DNA of 64,000 nucleotides from an uncultured Actinomycetes bacterium (GTDB lineage Bacteria; Actinomycetota; Thermoleophilia; Gaiellales; Gaiellaceae): NCBI GenBank assembly GCA_963696975.1, contig CAVOMI010000007.1, positions 5,362 to 69,361 of the forward strand, read 5' to 3'. Shown piece by piece: positions 54,740 to 64,000 of this stretch (position 1 is its first letter; each line of letters starts with the position of its first letter). The notes under the pieces were generated by a model. It saw only the letters and a program-made list of their open reading frames with translations, ran no database searches and was not told where the DNA came from. The position numbers and the translations under genes were made by a program.

Positions 54740-54740
54740 C

Positions 54741-55208
54741 ATGACGAAGAGAGCCAGTACCACCGTTCGGTACGAGACGCGCACGACGATCGACAGCCCC
54801 ATCAGCGACGTGTTCGAGCGTCTGGCCGACCTGGATGGCTACAGGACGTGGATGCGCCACACGGGCTTGTTCCGCCGCTCCGAGCAAACCTCCGACGGCC
54901 CTCTCGGCCAGGGGACGGTCTATCTCGACGCCACGAGGATGGGCACCTTCCGCGGTGAAGTGACCGACTACGAGGCACCGGCCAGGATCGGCTTCCGCGA
55001 GACGCTCCGCTGGTTCGGTTCCGACCTGATGGAAGCGCGACCGAACTACATCCTCGAGGCGGACCGGGACAAGACGATCGTGCACCACGTCGCGGAGGGT
55101 GAGCTTTTCGGCGTGATGCGGCTGATGAAGCCGGTCGCGGCCCTACTGGCGCGGAGCGAGCGGGGGCGAACTGTCAAGTCGTTGAGGCGCTCACTGGAGT
55201 TGCACTAG
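54741..55208 (+). CDS. SRPBCC-family (polyketide cyclase/dehydrase-like) protein
   Basis: 155 aa: TTIDSPISDVFERLADLDGYRTWM...FRGEVTDYEAPARIGFRE. Confidence 0.8.
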   Translation: MTKRASTTVRYETRTTIDSPISDVFERLADLDGYRTWMRHTGLFRRSEQTSDGPLGQGTVYLDATRMGTFRGEVTDYEAPARIGFRETLRWFGSDLMEARPNYILEADRDKTIVHHVAEGELFGVMRLMKPVAALLARSERGRTVKSLRRSLELH

Positions 55209-55296
55209 GCCCGCTCCACGACACCCGGGAGCGACGGTTGACCGTGGCGGAGCAACCGGACGAGCCGAGCCGTCCGACGAGACCTACGATGGCGCT

Positions 55297-55734
55297 GTGC
55301 GCTACCGCCGGGAGATCGAGGTCGCCACAGATGCTGATGCGACGTTCGCCTACCTGTCCGATTTCGCCAATGCGGCGGAGTGGGATCCCGGCATCGTCGA
55401 GGCCAAGCGGCTGACTCCGGCGCCGACCGCGGTCGGGAGCCGGTTCGAGGTGATCGCGCTCTTCCGCGGCAGGCGGCAGCGGTTCGAGTACGTCGTCACC
55501 GAGTTTCAGGAGGGGAAGCGGGTCGCTCTGCGCGGCGAGGGGACGAAGGCGCTCTCGGACGACGTGATCACGGTGGCTGCGGGCGAGCAGTGGACGCGCA
55601 TCGTCTACGAGGCCGACCTGCGGCTCAAGGGCATCTACCGCCTCGCCGAGCCGTTCCTCGGCTCGACGGTCGGGCGCATGGGCGACGCCGCGCTCGACGG
55701 CCTCGCTGCGCGACTTTCACGCGCGCCCGAATGA
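55297..55734 (+). CDS. SRPBCC-family protein
   Basis: 145 aa: REIEVATDADATFAYLSDFANAAEWDPGIVEAKRL...FEYVVTEFQEGKRVALRG. Confidence 0.8.
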   Translation: MRYRREIEVATDADATFAYLSDFANAAEWDPGIVEAKRLTPAPTAVGSRFEVIALFRGRRQRFEYVVTEFQEGKRVALRGEGTKALSDDVITVAAGEQWTRIVYEADLRLKGIYRLAEPFLGSTVGRMGDAALDGLAARLSRAPE

Positions 55735-56381
55735 CGACGCCTCCAGCCGAGGTCGTCCCGCTGGCGACCGGTGCCGAGATGCGGCTCACCGGCGAGGGCG
55801 CGACCGCAGTCGTCTGCGTCAACGGCGGCCAATCGGGCGAGGTGGAGGGAACCTGGAGCGCCTCGCTCGAGTGGCTGGTGCGGCGGCTCGCGCCGCACTT
55901 CCGGCAGCTTGTCTTCGCCGAGGTGCGCTACCGCGTGAAGTCGTGGCGGCGTCTCGAGACATGCGTCGAGGACGCGCGGGCGGCGGTGGATGCCGTTGGG
56001 GCGGGGCGGACGCTGCTGCTCGGCTTCTCGATGGGTGGCGCGGTGGCGATCTCGGCCGCGGACGAGCCGTCGGTGGAGCGGGTGCTCGGGCTCGCTCCCT
56101 GGATTCCCGACCGGCTCTCGCTGGAGCCGCTGCGCGGCAAGCGGCTCGACGTCCTGCACGGGTCGCTCGACCGCTGGCTGCCGGGCATCCCGGGCGTGTC
56201 GCCGGCCTCCTCGCGGCGCGGGTTCGAGCGTGCCCGCGCCGTCGGCGCTGCGGGCCACTATCAGCTGATCCCGGGCGCGCTGCACGGGATCGCCTTGCGC
56301 GCGCGCTGGGGGCGGCCGCTGCCGCTTCCCCGCGCCGCAGCGTGGGAGCGGCGCGTGGCGGCTCAGCTCGCGGAGCTCTGA
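55731..56381 (+). CDS. Alpha/beta hydrolase-fold protein
   Basis: ATG 55731 in an ATGA overlap. LLLGFSMGGAVAI is the GxSxG elbow. Also ...DVLHGSLDRW...IPGALHGI. 216 aa. Confidence 0.7.
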   Translation: MTTPPAEVVPLATGAEMRLTGEGATAVVCVNGGQSGEVEGTWSASLEWLVRRLAPHFRQLVFAEVRYRVKSWRRLETCVEDARAAVDAVGAGRTLLLGFSMGGAVAISAADEPSVERVLGLAPWIPDRLSLEPLRGKRLDVLHGSLDRWLPGIPGVSPASSRRGFERARAVGAAGHYQLIPGALHGIALRARWGRPLPLPRAAAWERRVAAQLAEL

Positions 56382-57310
56382 AGCCGGCGCCGCTCGCGCT
56401 GGGCTTCGTCGGGCACCCTGACGTTCCAGACGAGCCCGAGCCGCTCGAGACCCCGGATGATCCACCAGGAGACGTCGATCTGACCGCGGTCGAGGCCGTG
56501 GCGTGCGGAGGCGGGGAAGGCGTGGTGGTTGTTGTGCCAGCCCTCGCCGAAGACGAGCAGCGCAACGAGGCGGTTGTTCCGGGCCTCGTCCCGTGACCGG
56601 TAGTCCTGGCGGCCGAACATGTGGCAGATCGAGTTGACGCTGAACGTTGCATGCTGGTACGCGAAGATGCGGATCAGACCACCCCAGACGAGGCCCGCGA
56701 GGCCTGCCTCGACGGTGCCGCCGACGAGGTAGCCGATCGCGAACGGAAGCCCGAGGGTGAGCGCCACCCACAGCAGGTAGGCCCGGTCGATCAGACGGAG
56801 CAGACGGTCGTCGTAGATGTCCCGGCCGTAGTCGCGGCCCTGCTCCATGCCGAGGTTCGAGAAGAGCCAGCCGACGTGCGCGTGGGCGAAGCCGCGCAGC
56901 GCGCCGAGCGCGCCGTCGCCGTGGCCGACGTGCGGCGAGTGAGGATCGCCGGGCTTGTCGGACATTGCGTGATGCTTGCGGTGGTCGGTGACCCACTGGG
57001 TGAGCGGTCCCTGCATCGTCATGCAGCCGAGGATCGCGAGTGTCGCCTTGAGCGGCGTGCTCGTCTCGAAGCCGCGGTGGGTGAAGTAGCGGTGGAAGCC
57101 GATCGTCGTTCCGAAGGCGCAGAGGACGTAGAAGCCGGCGAACAGCGCGAGGTCGAGCCAGTCGAAGTGCACGCCCCAGAGCAGTCCCATCGCCGAGAGC
57201 AGGGCGAGGGGCGGGATCACGACCGCCACGAGCGTGACGGCCTGGCTGATCCGGCTGGTTCCTGACCGGACGGTGGCGACCCGAGGGTATGTGGTATAAG
57301 GTTCGTCCAA
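56363..57310 (-). CDS. Acyl-CoA (fatty acid) desaturase, membrane di-iron type
   Basis: Three His boxes: HRYFTHRGF, HRKHHAMSDKPGDPHSP and GEGWHNNHHAFP. N-terminal TM helices. Confidence 0.9.
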   Translation of the reverse strand: MDEPYTTYPRVATVRSGTSRISQAVTLVAVVIPPLALLSAMGLLWGVHFDWLDLALFAGFYVLCAFGTTIGFHRYFTHRGFETSTPLKATLAILGCMTMQGPLTQWVTDHRKHHAMSDKPGDPHSPHVGHGDGALGALRGFAHAHVGWLFSNLGMEQGRDYGRDIYDDRLLRLIDRAYLLWVALTLGLPFAIGYLVGGTVEAGLAGLVWGGLIRIFAYQHATFSVNSICHMFGRQDYRSRDEARNNRLVALLVFGEGWHNNHHAFPASARHGLDRGQIDVSWWIIRGLERLGLVWNVRVPDEAQRERRRLQSSAS

Positions 57311-57382
57311 GGTGTGTCCAGACTATCAGTGCCCTACCGGCAAGCAGTCAACCGATATTCGCCGCCGGGCGAAGAGCGGTTG

Positions 57383-58573
57383 ATGAAGATCGCGGTCGTC
57401 GGCAGCGGGGTCTCCGGGCTCGGTGCTGCGTATCTCCTCGCGCGGGCGCACGACGTGCACGTGTTCGAGCGCGACGGGCGCGCCGGTGGGCACGCGAACA
57501 CCGTCGTTCACGACGGCCTCGCTCTCGATACCGGATTCCTTGTCCACAATGAGCGCAACTATCCCCTGCTCGGGCGTCTCTTCCGCGAGTTGGGTGTTGC
57601 CACACACGAGTCCGACATGTCGTTCTCGGTCAGTTGCTCCGGCTGCGGCCTCGAGTATTCCGGCCGGCGCCCGTTCGCGCAGCCCGCGAACCTTGCCAGG
57701 CCGGGGTTCGTCGGGCTCATGTGGGAGATCGGGCGCTGGCTGCGGACGGCGCGGCCCGGGGACGAGACGCAGTCGCTGGCCGAGTACCTCGACGAGCACG
57801 GCTTCTCGAGGCGTTTCCGCCGCCACTTTCTCGTCCCGCTCACCTCGGCGCTCTGGTCGACGGCGCCCGGGCGCGCGCTCGAGTTTCCGGCGGCGTACGC
57901 GATCCGCTTCTTCGACAACCACGGCATGCTCGGCGTCGGCCGCTTCCGCTGGCGCACCGTGACCGGCGGCAGCCGCCGGTACGTCGACGCGATTGCGGCG
58001 GGGCTCGGCGAGCGTCTCAGGCTCCAGAGCGGCGTCCGCTCGGTCCGCCGCTTGCCCGACGGTGTCGAGTTGCGGGTCGGCGACGGGGTCGAGCGCTTCG
58101 ACCACGTCGTGCTCGCGACGCACGCCGACCAGGCGCTCGGGCTGCTCGAGGACCCGACTCCCCGCGAGCGGCGGGTTCTCGGCGGCTTTGCCTACACGAC
58201 GAATGAGGCGATCCTGCACACCGACGCGTCCTACCTGCCGCGAACGCCGCGGGCCCGCGCCTCCTGGAACTACCGCCTCGGGGACGACGGCCGGCCGACG
58301 ATCACCTACCACCTCAACCGGCTGCAGGCGCTCACGGCCGAGCGCGACTACTGCCTGACCCTGAACGAGCAGGTGCCGGACGAGCACGTCCTCGAGCGGT
58401 TCACATACGAGCACCCGCTCTACACGGTCGAGACGCTGCGCGCGCAGGCGGAACTGCCGCGGCTCGGCGGCGGGCGCACGCACTACGCGGGCGCCTACTT
58501 CGGCAACGGCTTCCACGAGGACGGCCTCGCAAGCGGCGTCGCGGCCGTCCGTGCGCTGGGGGTGGAGTGGTGA
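57383..58573 (+). CDS. NAD(P)/FAD-dependent oxidoreductase (amine-oxidase-like) of the CFA-synthase gene cluster
   Basis: MKIAVVGSGVSGLGAAYLLA...VFERDGRAGGHANT is a dinucleotide fold. The C-terminus reads YAGAYFGNGFHEDG. Confidence 0.85.
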   Translation: MKIAVVGSGVSGLGAAYLLARAHDVHVFERDGRAGGHANTVVHDGLALDTGFLVHNERNYPLLGRLFRELGVATHESDMSFSVSCSGCGLEYSGRRPFAQPANLARPGFVGLMWEIGRWLRTARPGDETQSLAEYLDEHGFSRRFRRHFLVPLTSALWSTAPGRALEFPAAYAIRFFDNHGMLGVGRFRWRTVTGGSRRYVDAIAAGLGERLRLQSGVRSVRRLPDGVELRVGDGVERFDHVVLATHADQALGLLEDPTPRERRVLGGFAYTTNEAILHTDASYLPRTPRARASWNYRLGDDGRPTITYHLNRLQALTAERDYCLTLNEQVPDEHVLERFTYEHPLYTVETLRAQAELPRLGGGRTHYAGAYFGNGFHEDGLASGVAAVRALGVEW

Positions 58574-59307
58574 GGTCGGCGCTCTACACCGGGACGCTCG
58601 TGCACGCACGGCGGACTCCGACCCGGCACGTCTTCCGCTACCCGGTCTCGTACTGGCTGTTCGACCTCGACGAACTGGCCGAGCTGGAGAGGCGGTTGCG
58701 GCTCTTCTCGGTCAACCGGCGCAACGTCGTCTCGCTGCGTGACGGCGACCACTTCGAGGGAGCTGCCCCGCTGAAGCAGGCGGTCCTCGGGCTCGCCGGC
58801 GACCCGTCGATCGAGAGCGTCCTCATGCTCACTCAGCCGCGCGTGCTCGGCTACGTCTTCAACCCGGTCAGCTTCTACTGGTGCTACCGCGGCGACGGCT
58901 CGCTCGCCTGTGTCGTCTCCGAGCTGAACAACACCTTCGGGGAGCGGCTGCCGGAAGTCCTGCGGGGACCCGAGCTTCGCTACGAGCAGCGGAAGCGGCT
59001 CCACGTCTCTCCGTTCTTCGGGCTCGACCAGAGCTACGAGTACGCCTTCTCGCAGCCCGGGGAGGAGGTGTGGGCGCGCATCCACGTCCGCGACGACGAC
59101 GGCGCCCGGCCGCTCACCGCCGTCCTGCACGGGCGCCGGCAGGAGCTGACCAACCGGTCGCTCGCCGCGGCCCTGCTCCGCTATCCACTTCAGCCGCTGC
59201 AGGTCACCGCGCTCATCCACCTCGAGGCGCTGCGGCTCTGGCGCAAGCGGGTGCCGTTCCACCACAAGCCGCCGTTCGTGCCGGGCGAGGGGAGCGTGCG
59301 CACGTGA
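58567..59307 (+). CDS. DUF1365-family protein
   Basis: SALYTGTLVHARRTPTRHVFRYPVSYWLFDLDEL...FSVNRRNVVSLRDGDH...GYVFNPVSFYWCY. Confidence 0.85.
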   Translation: MVRSALYTGTLVHARRTPTRHVFRYPVSYWLFDLDELAELERRLRLFSVNRRNVVSLRDGDHFEGAAPLKQAVLGLAGDPSIESVLMLTQPRVLGYVFNPVSFYWCYRGDGSLACVVSELNNTFGERLPEVLRGPELRYEQRKRLHVSPFFGLDQSYEYAFSQPGEEVWARIHVRDDDGARPLTAVLHGRRQELTNRSLAAALLRYPLQPLQVTALIHLEALRLWRKRVPFHHKPPFVPGEGSVRT

Positions 59308-60509
59308 GCGTCCGCGCCGAGCCCGTCGCCCGGCGAGGCCGCCCGCTCGAGCGCGCCGCGAGCGCGGTACTCGAGCGCGCGCTCGCCCGGCTCGAGGGCG
59401 GCACCCTCGAGGTCGAGCTCCCCGGGGACACCGTTCGCCGCTACGGCGCGGGCGCGCCGGTCCGGCTCACGATCCACGATGCTGCGTTCTTCAGGAGGCT
59501 CGCGACGCGAGGGAAACTCGGCCTCGGCGAGTCGTACACCGCCGGCGAGTGGGACTCCGATGACCTCGTCGCGCTCTTCGAGCTTCTGCTCCGGAACGCG
59601 GAGGCCGCCGGCTTGCGCCATGCCCGCGTGCGCAAGCTGCTCGAGTTGCGCCCGCGCCTGCACCGCCGCAACGGCCTCCTGCGCTCGCGCCGCAACATCG
59701 CGTACCACTACGACCTCGGCAACGACCTCTTCTCCCTCATGCTGGACGAGACGATGACCTACTCCTGTGCCGTCTTCGAGCGCCCCGACATGTCGCTCGC
59801 GGAGGCGCAGCGGGCGAAGTACGAGCGCCTTTGCCGGCTGCTCGACCTCGGCCCGGACGACCACGTGCTCGAGATCGGCTGCGGCTGGGGAGGCTTCGCG
59901 CGCCACGCAGCCGAGCGGCACGGCTGCCGCGTCACCGGCATCACGATCTCGCACGAGCAGGCCGCTTTCGCGCGCGAGCGTACACTCGGCCTGCCGGTCG
60001 AGATCCTCGAGCAGGACTACCGCACCGTCGAGGGCAGCTTCACGAAGGTCGTCTCGATCGAGATGATCGAGGCGATCGGCGCCGACCAGTTCGGCACCTT
60101 CTTCGCGACGATCGACCGCGTTCTCGGCCCTGGCGGCCGCGCGGCCGTGCAGACGATCCTCGTCCCCGAACAGCGCTGGGACCGCTACCGCCGGACGCCC
60201 GACTGGATCGAGCGCTACGTCTTCCCCGGCTGCCTGATCCCCTCGCTCGAAGCGCTCACGAACGCGGCCGCATGCCATTCGCGGCTCGGCGTCTACGGCG
60301 TGGACGAGATCGGCGATCACTACGCCGAGACGCTCGGCCACTGGCGCGCGAGCTTCCACCGACGGATCCAAGAGGTGCGCCGGCTCGGCTACGACCGCCG
60401 CTTCGAGCGGACCTGGGACTTCTACCTCGCCTTCTGCGAAGCCGCGTTCCGGATGGGGGCGCTCCGCGACGCGCAGCTCCTGCTCGCCCGGCCGGGGAAC
60501 GCGGCGTGA
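59304..60509 (+). CDS. cfa: Cyclopropane-fatty-acyl-phospholipid synthase-family SAM-dependent methyltransferase
   Basis: NIAYHYDLGNDLFSLMLDETMTYSCAVF, VLEIGCGWGGFA, SIEMIEAIG, YVFPGCLIPS and WDFYLAFCEAAF. GTG 59304 in a GTGA overlap. Confidence 0.9.
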   Translation: MSVRAEPVARRGRPLERAASAVLERALARLEGGTLEVELPGDTVRRYGAGAPVRLTIHDAAFFRRLATRGKLGLGESYTAGEWDSDDLVALFELLLRNAEAAGLRHARVRKLLELRPRLHRRNGLLRSRRNIAYHYDLGNDLFSLMLDETMTYSCAVFERPDMSLAEAQRAKYERLCRLLDLGPDDHVLEIGCGWGGFARHAAERHGCRVTGITISHEQAAFARERTLGLPVEILEQDYRTVEGSFTKVVSIEMIEAIGADQFGTFFATIDRVLGPGGRAAVQTILVPEQRWDRYRRTPDWIERYVFPGCLIPSLEALTNAAACHSRLGVYGVDEIGDHYAETLGHWRASFHRRIQEVRRLGYDRRFERTWDFYLAFCEAAFRMGALRDAQLLLARPGNAA

Positions 60510-61078
60510 ACGCGTACGGGCTCCTGGACCGGCTCGGTTTCCGTGGGCTCGTCCGGCGTCTCTACCGGATCGAGGTCGTGGGTGCCGAGCGGATCCCGAC
60601 GAGCGGGGCGGCGATTCTCGTCGCGAACCACGAGTCGATCTGGGACCCGTTCGTGCTCGGCGTCGCGACCCGGCGCGAGATCCACTACATGGCGAAGGCA
60701 GAGCTCTTCCGCCGCCGGCCGGTCGCTGCCGTCCTCCGCTCCTTGAACGCGTTTCCGGTGGAGCGCGGCGGCGGCGACCGGGCGGCGATCTCGGAGGCGG
60801 GCCGCCTGCTCGATCGCGGAGCGCTGCTCGGGATGTTCCCGCAGGGCACGTCGAAGCCGGAGCGACAGAACGGCTGGCACCGGGGCGCCGCGCGGCTCGC
60901 GCTCGTGACCGGGGCGCCGCTCGTGCCCGTCCGGCTGAGCGGGACACAGCCGCTGCCGCGCCGGACGCGGATCCGGATCGACGTCGGCGAGCCGATCACC
61001 GTGCCGGTCCGCCGTCCCACCATCGCTGCGGCGCGCGCGCTGACCGAGCAGATGGAGCAGGCGGTGACTGCGGCGTGA
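60506..61078 (+). CDS. 1-acyl-sn-glycerol-3-phosphate acyltransferase-like (PlsC family)
   Basis: [15 protein letters not shown] is the HX4D motif. Also FPVERGG and GMFPQGT. GTG 60506 in a GTGA overlap. Confidence 0.85.
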   Translation: MNAYGLLDRLGFRGLVRRLYRIEVVGAERIPTSGAAILVANHESIWDPFVLGVATRREIHYMAKAELFRRRPVAAVLRSLNAFPVERGGGDRAAISEAGRLLDRGALLGMFPQGTSKPERQNGWHRGAARLALVTGAPLVPVRLSGTQPLPRRTRIRIDVGEPITVPVRRPTIAAARALTEQMEQAVTAA

Positions 61079-61875
61079 TCGAGCATCGCTGGCAGCTCTG
61101 GCTGCTCGGCTGGGCCGCCTCGGCCACGCTCCTCGCCGTCCTCTACCTCTGGCAGCGCCGCACGCGCGACGCGACCGCCGTCGACGCCGGCTGGGGCGCC
61201 TCCCTCGTCCTCTGCGCGGTCCTCTACGCGACGCTTGCCCCGGGGTCGCTCCCGCAGCGACTCGCGATTGCGCTGCCGGTCGGACTGGAGAATCTCCGCA
61301 TCGCCTCGCTCGTCCGCAACCGGCTCGGGAAGGGGGAGGACTCGCGTTACCGGGAGCTCCGCCGCCGCTGGCGCGAGAAGGGGCGCGAGCAGCTCACGTT
61401 CGGGATCTTCTACGAGGCGCAGGCGCTGCTGGCCGCGATCCTCTCCGTCCCGGCCCTGCTCGCGAGCTTCAACCGCAACAGCACGCTCGCGCCCGTCCAG
61501 TGGATCGGCATCACCCTCTGGGTCGCGGCCGCCGGGCTCGAGGCGACCGCCGACCGGCAGCTCGCGGCGTTCCGCCGCGTCCCCGCGAATCGCGGCGCCG
61601 TGATGGACCGCGGCCTCTGGCGCTACACGCGACATCCGAACTACTTCTTCCAGACGCTGACCTGGGTTGCGTACGCGCTCATCGCCGTCCCGGCGCCGTG
61701 GGGCTGGCTCGCCTTCGTCGCACCGGCGCTCATCCTCTACCTCGTCCTCTTCGTGACCGGCGTGCCGCCGGCGGAGGAGTCCTCGCTGCGCTCTCGTGGC
61801 GACGCCTACCGCCGCTACCAGGCGCGGACGTCGTCCTTCGTGCCATGGCCGCCGAAGCACTCGTCGACCGCCTGA
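61075..61875 (+). CDS. DUF1295-family membrane protein (steroid 5-alpha-reductase/ICMT-like fold)
   Basis: Multiple TM helices; [25 protein letters not shown]. Confidence 0.85.
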   Translation: MIEHRWQLWLLGWAASATLLAVLYLWQRRTRDATAVDAGWGASLVLCAVLYATLAPGSLPQRLAIALPVGLENLRIASLVRNRLGKGEDSRYRELRRRWREKGREQLTFGIFYEAQALLAAILSVPALLASFNRNSTLAPVQWIGITLWVAAAGLEATADRQLAAFRRVPANRGAVMDRGLWRYTRHPNYFFQTLTWVAYALIAVPAPWGWLAFVAPALILYLVLFVTGVPPAEESSLRSRGDAYRRYQARTSSFVPWPPKHSSTA

Positions 61876-62846
61876 TCGCGTCGGGCCGCGTGCCCGACCC
61901 GCTCCTGCGCGCGGGCGTTCGCGCCACCTGCGCGACGCGGCTGCGCCGCGAGCGCCGCCGCGGGCCGGCCGCGAAGGAGGCGTTCGTCGAGCGCCTGCGC
62001 TTCTCGCCGATCGCCGAGCAGGTCGAGAAGCCGAACGAGCAGCACTACGAGGTGCCGCCCGAGTTCTTCCGGCTCGTCCTCGGGCCGCGCCTCAAGTACA
62101 GCTCCTGCCTCTGGCCCGACGAGGTCGAGACGCTCGTCGCCGCGGAGGAGGCGATGCTCGCGCTGACCTGCGAGCGGGCCGGCGTGGAGGACGGAATGAC
62201 GCTGCTCGACCTGGGCTGCGGCTGGGGATCGCTGACCGGCTGGCTCTCGGAGCGCTACCCGGGCTCGCGGATCCTGGCCGTCTCCAACTCGCGGCCACAG
62301 CGGGAGTGGATCGAGTCGCTGCGGCTCCCCAACGTCCGCGTGCTCACCGCTGACGTCAACCGGCTCGAGCTCGACGGGCGCTTCGACCGGATCGTCTCGG
62401 TCGAGATGCTCGAGCACATGCGGAACTACGAGGCGCTGCTGGCGCGCATCGCGTCCTGGCTCGAGCCGGACGGCCGCTTCTTCTGCCATGTCTTCTCGCA
62501 CGACCGGTTCGCGTACGCCTACGAGGAGGGCTGGATGACGCGGCGGTTCTTCACCGCCGGGACGATGCCCTCCGACGACCTGCTGCCACGGTTCGACCGC
62601 GATCTCGTGCTCGATCGGCACTGGCGCGTCTCCGGCCGCCACTACGCGCGCACCGCCGAGGCGTGGCTGGAGCGTCTGGACGCGAACCGCAGCGAGGCCG
62701 AGCGGATCGTCGGCCGCGCCGGTGTTGCCGAGTGGCGCGCCTTCTTCCTCGCCTGCGCCGGGCTGTGGGGCTACCGCGGCGGCCGCGAGTGGCTCGTCTC
62801 CCACTACCTCTTCGCCAGCCGCTCCGGCAGCCAGCGTGCGACGTAG
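61845..62846 (+). CDS. Second CFA-synthase-family SAM-dependent methyltransferase
   Basis: [43 protein letters not shown] and [15 protein letters not shown] 61845 overlaps the DUF1295 gene end by 31 nt. Confidence 0.85.
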   Translation: MAAEALVDRLIASGRVPDPLLRAGVRATCATRLRRERRRGPAAKEAFVERLRFSPIAEQVEKPNEQHYEVPPEFFRLVLGPRLKYSSCLWPDEVETLVAAEEAMLALTCERAGVEDGMTLLDLGCGWGSLTGWLSERYPGSRILAVSNSRPQREWIESLRLPNVRVLTADVNRLELDGRFDRIVSVEMLEHMRNYEALLARIASWLEPDGRFFCHVFSHDRFAYAYEEGWMTRRFFTAGTMPSDDLLPRFDRDLVLDRHWRVSGRHYARTAEAWLERLDANRSEAERIVGRAGVAEWRAFFLACAGLWGYRGGREWLVSHYLFASRSGSQRAT

Positions 62847-63808
62847 GCGCCGTCGGGGTCGTGGAGCCGCGCCTGCCGCTCGGGGTTGAAGCGGCGGTTC
62901 GGGCGCGTGTCGGCACCGGTTCCCGCGACCCACTGCCAGTTGCCGCTGTTGGAGGCGACGTCCCCGTCGACCAGATGCTCCTGGAAGTGCGCCGCGCCGA
63001 TGCGCCAGTCGATGCCGAGCTGCTTCGTCAGATAGGCGGCGGCGACCATCCGCTGCCGGTTCGGCACGTAGCCGTCCGCGAGCAGCTGGCGCATCGCCGC
63101 GTCGACGAACTCGACACCGGTCCGGCCCTGCTTCCAGGCCGCGACCGCCTCCGGGTCGTCGCGCCACGCGCGGCGGCCCGGGTGCAGGTCGCGCCACTCG
63201 AGCTCTGGCTCGGCGGCCAGGATCTGGGCGAAGAAGTCGCGCCAGCAGAGCTTGCGCAGCAGCTCCTCGTCGGCGCTCCGCGCGATCTCTGCCGGTGAGG
63301 CGATGCCGAGGTGGAGAAGCGCCGAGAGCGGCGCGTGCGGCTCGGGCAGCCGCGGTCCGGAGCTCACGGCCGCGGGCAGCGGACGCCCGCGCCACGCGCG
63401 CCAGTACGGGGTGAAGACGCGGTAGTGGCTGCGCGCTGCGGGCGTGAGCTCGCCCGGGGGCACGACCGCGATGCCCAAGAACGTGCGGAGCTCGAACCGC
63501 TCCCGCAGCCGGCGCTCGCGCCGTTGCGCGTGGGCGCTGACGTCCTCGCTCAGATGGACGACCTTCGGCGCGAAGCGGGCGACCTCTTCCACCGGGTCGC
63601 CCTCGACGACGACGAGCCCGATCGCCTGCCGCAGCTGATCGAGCCGTCGCAGCAGGAGCGCCGTCCGTCGGCGGGAGACCGAGAGCAGCCGGTCGTCGAG
63701 CACGAAGAGCGGCACGACGTCGCGGCACTCGCGCTGCGCGGCGGCGAGGGCCGGATGGTCGTGGGCGCGCAGGTCGCGCGTGAAGAGGACGACCCCGGTG
63801 CCGGTCAT
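62804..63808 (-). CDS. Cryptochrome/photolyase-family protein, unusually short (334 aa)
   Basis: [78 protein letters not shown] and [28 protein letters not shown] overlap with the upstream partial gene. Confidence 0.85.
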   Translation of the reverse strand: MTGTGVVLFTRDLRAHDHPALAAAQRECRDVVPLFVLDDRLLSVSRRRTALLLRRLDQLRQAIGLVVVEGDPVEEVARFAPKVVHLSEDVSAHAQRRERRLRERFELRTFLGIAVVPPGELTPAARSHYRVFTPYWRAWRGRPLPAAVSSGPRLPEPHAPLSALLHLGIASPAEIARSADEELLRKLCWRDFFAQILAAEPELEWRDLHPGRRAWRDDPEAVAAWKQGRTGVEFVDAAMRQLLADGYVPNRQRMVAAAYLTKQLGIDWRIGAAHFQEHLVDGDVASNSGNWQWVAGTGADTRPNRRFNPERQARLHDPDGAYVARWLPERLAKR

Positions 63809-64000
63809 CCGAACAGCTCGTCGAGCCGCCGCGACCGGTACGAGAACAGCGCGCGTAGGAACGCGCCGTGCAGCGGTTCGAGCAGACGGCCTACCGGGCC
63901 GCCGCGCAGCCGGTACTCGACGTGGTCTCGCACCTCGGTGCCGGCCGCGACCTCGCTCAGCTCGTGCCGGTGCCGCCAGACGCGGTACGGGCCGCGCACC
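63805..64000 (-). CDS. C-terminal fragment of an SRPBCC-like protein (gene enters from the right edge)
   Basis: ...GPYRVWRHRHELSEVAAGTEVRDHVEYRL...: the PxxxWxHxHxF-like motif is typical of SRPBCC/cyclase-dehydrase proteins. Partial only. Confidence 0.5.
   Translation of the reverse strand, partial: VRGPYRVWRHRHELSEVAAGTEVRDHVEYRLRGGPVGRLLEPLHGAFLRALFSYRSRRLDELFG

Overview
High-GC (about 70%) actinobacterial-type chromosomal segment, densely coding, with many 1-, 4- and 8-nt start/stop overlaps between genes. The lineage assignment is an inference from gene content: MMPL, SARP, ECF sigma and apparent leaderless starts. The main feature is a single minus-strand operon of about 19.8 kb (10690..30452) encoding a complete phage-tail-like contractile injection system (eCIS, Afp/PVC/Streptomyces-CIS class). 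In order it encodes sheath, gp19-type tube, a double-CxxC protein, a short Pro/Ala-rich protein in the tape-measure position, a DUF4255 terminator with Ig-like extension, an AAA+ ATPase, a 60-aa ORF, a tube-family protein, a LysM-like protein, a gpD hub, a gpV spike, a PAAR-like tip, gp25, two gpJ-type baseplate proteins, a gpI-type wedge protein and a DUF6519/beta-helix protein in the fibre position. The fibre-position gene is interrupted by an apparent +1 frameshift. The window contains no capsid, terminase, integrase or T6SS membrane genes. Next to the fibre end lies a small island (6437..10589) with a SARP-family regulator, a 70-aa ORF and two DUF4157 (eCIS-associated HExxH) proteins whose C-terminal domains I cannot place; one of them is beta-barrel-like. 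Direct GTGACG hexamer repeats phased at 11-12 nt lie upstream of the CIS operon and both DUF4157 transcription units. Weaker copies lie upstream of an orphan 302-aa gene and a degraded holin-like gene, suggesting one regulon, possibly SARP-controlled. The remaining genes are ordinary or accessory. They include an ECF sigma/anti-sigma pair, AKR, MMPL, PPK2, GrpB, a DUF1800/DUF1501/cupredoxin operon, IolB-like plus SDR, a membrane alpha/beta hydrolase and a large LuxR-type ATPase regulator. Further along are a RHH/PIN toxin-antitoxin pair, SRPBCC proteins, DUF5996, an S53 (kumamolisin-like) peptidase preceded by a 15-nt tandem repeat, an adenylate cyclase-ATPase-TPR regulator and a MarR/MFS pair. 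The window ends with a lipid-modification cluster (desaturase, FAD oxidoreductase, DUF1365, two CFA-synthase-type methyltransferases, acyltransferase, DUF1295) next to a compact photolyase. I found no rRNA, tRNA, CRISPR array or transposase. Several genes show frame breaks or lack a canonical start exactly where homology begins, so assembly indels must be considered.
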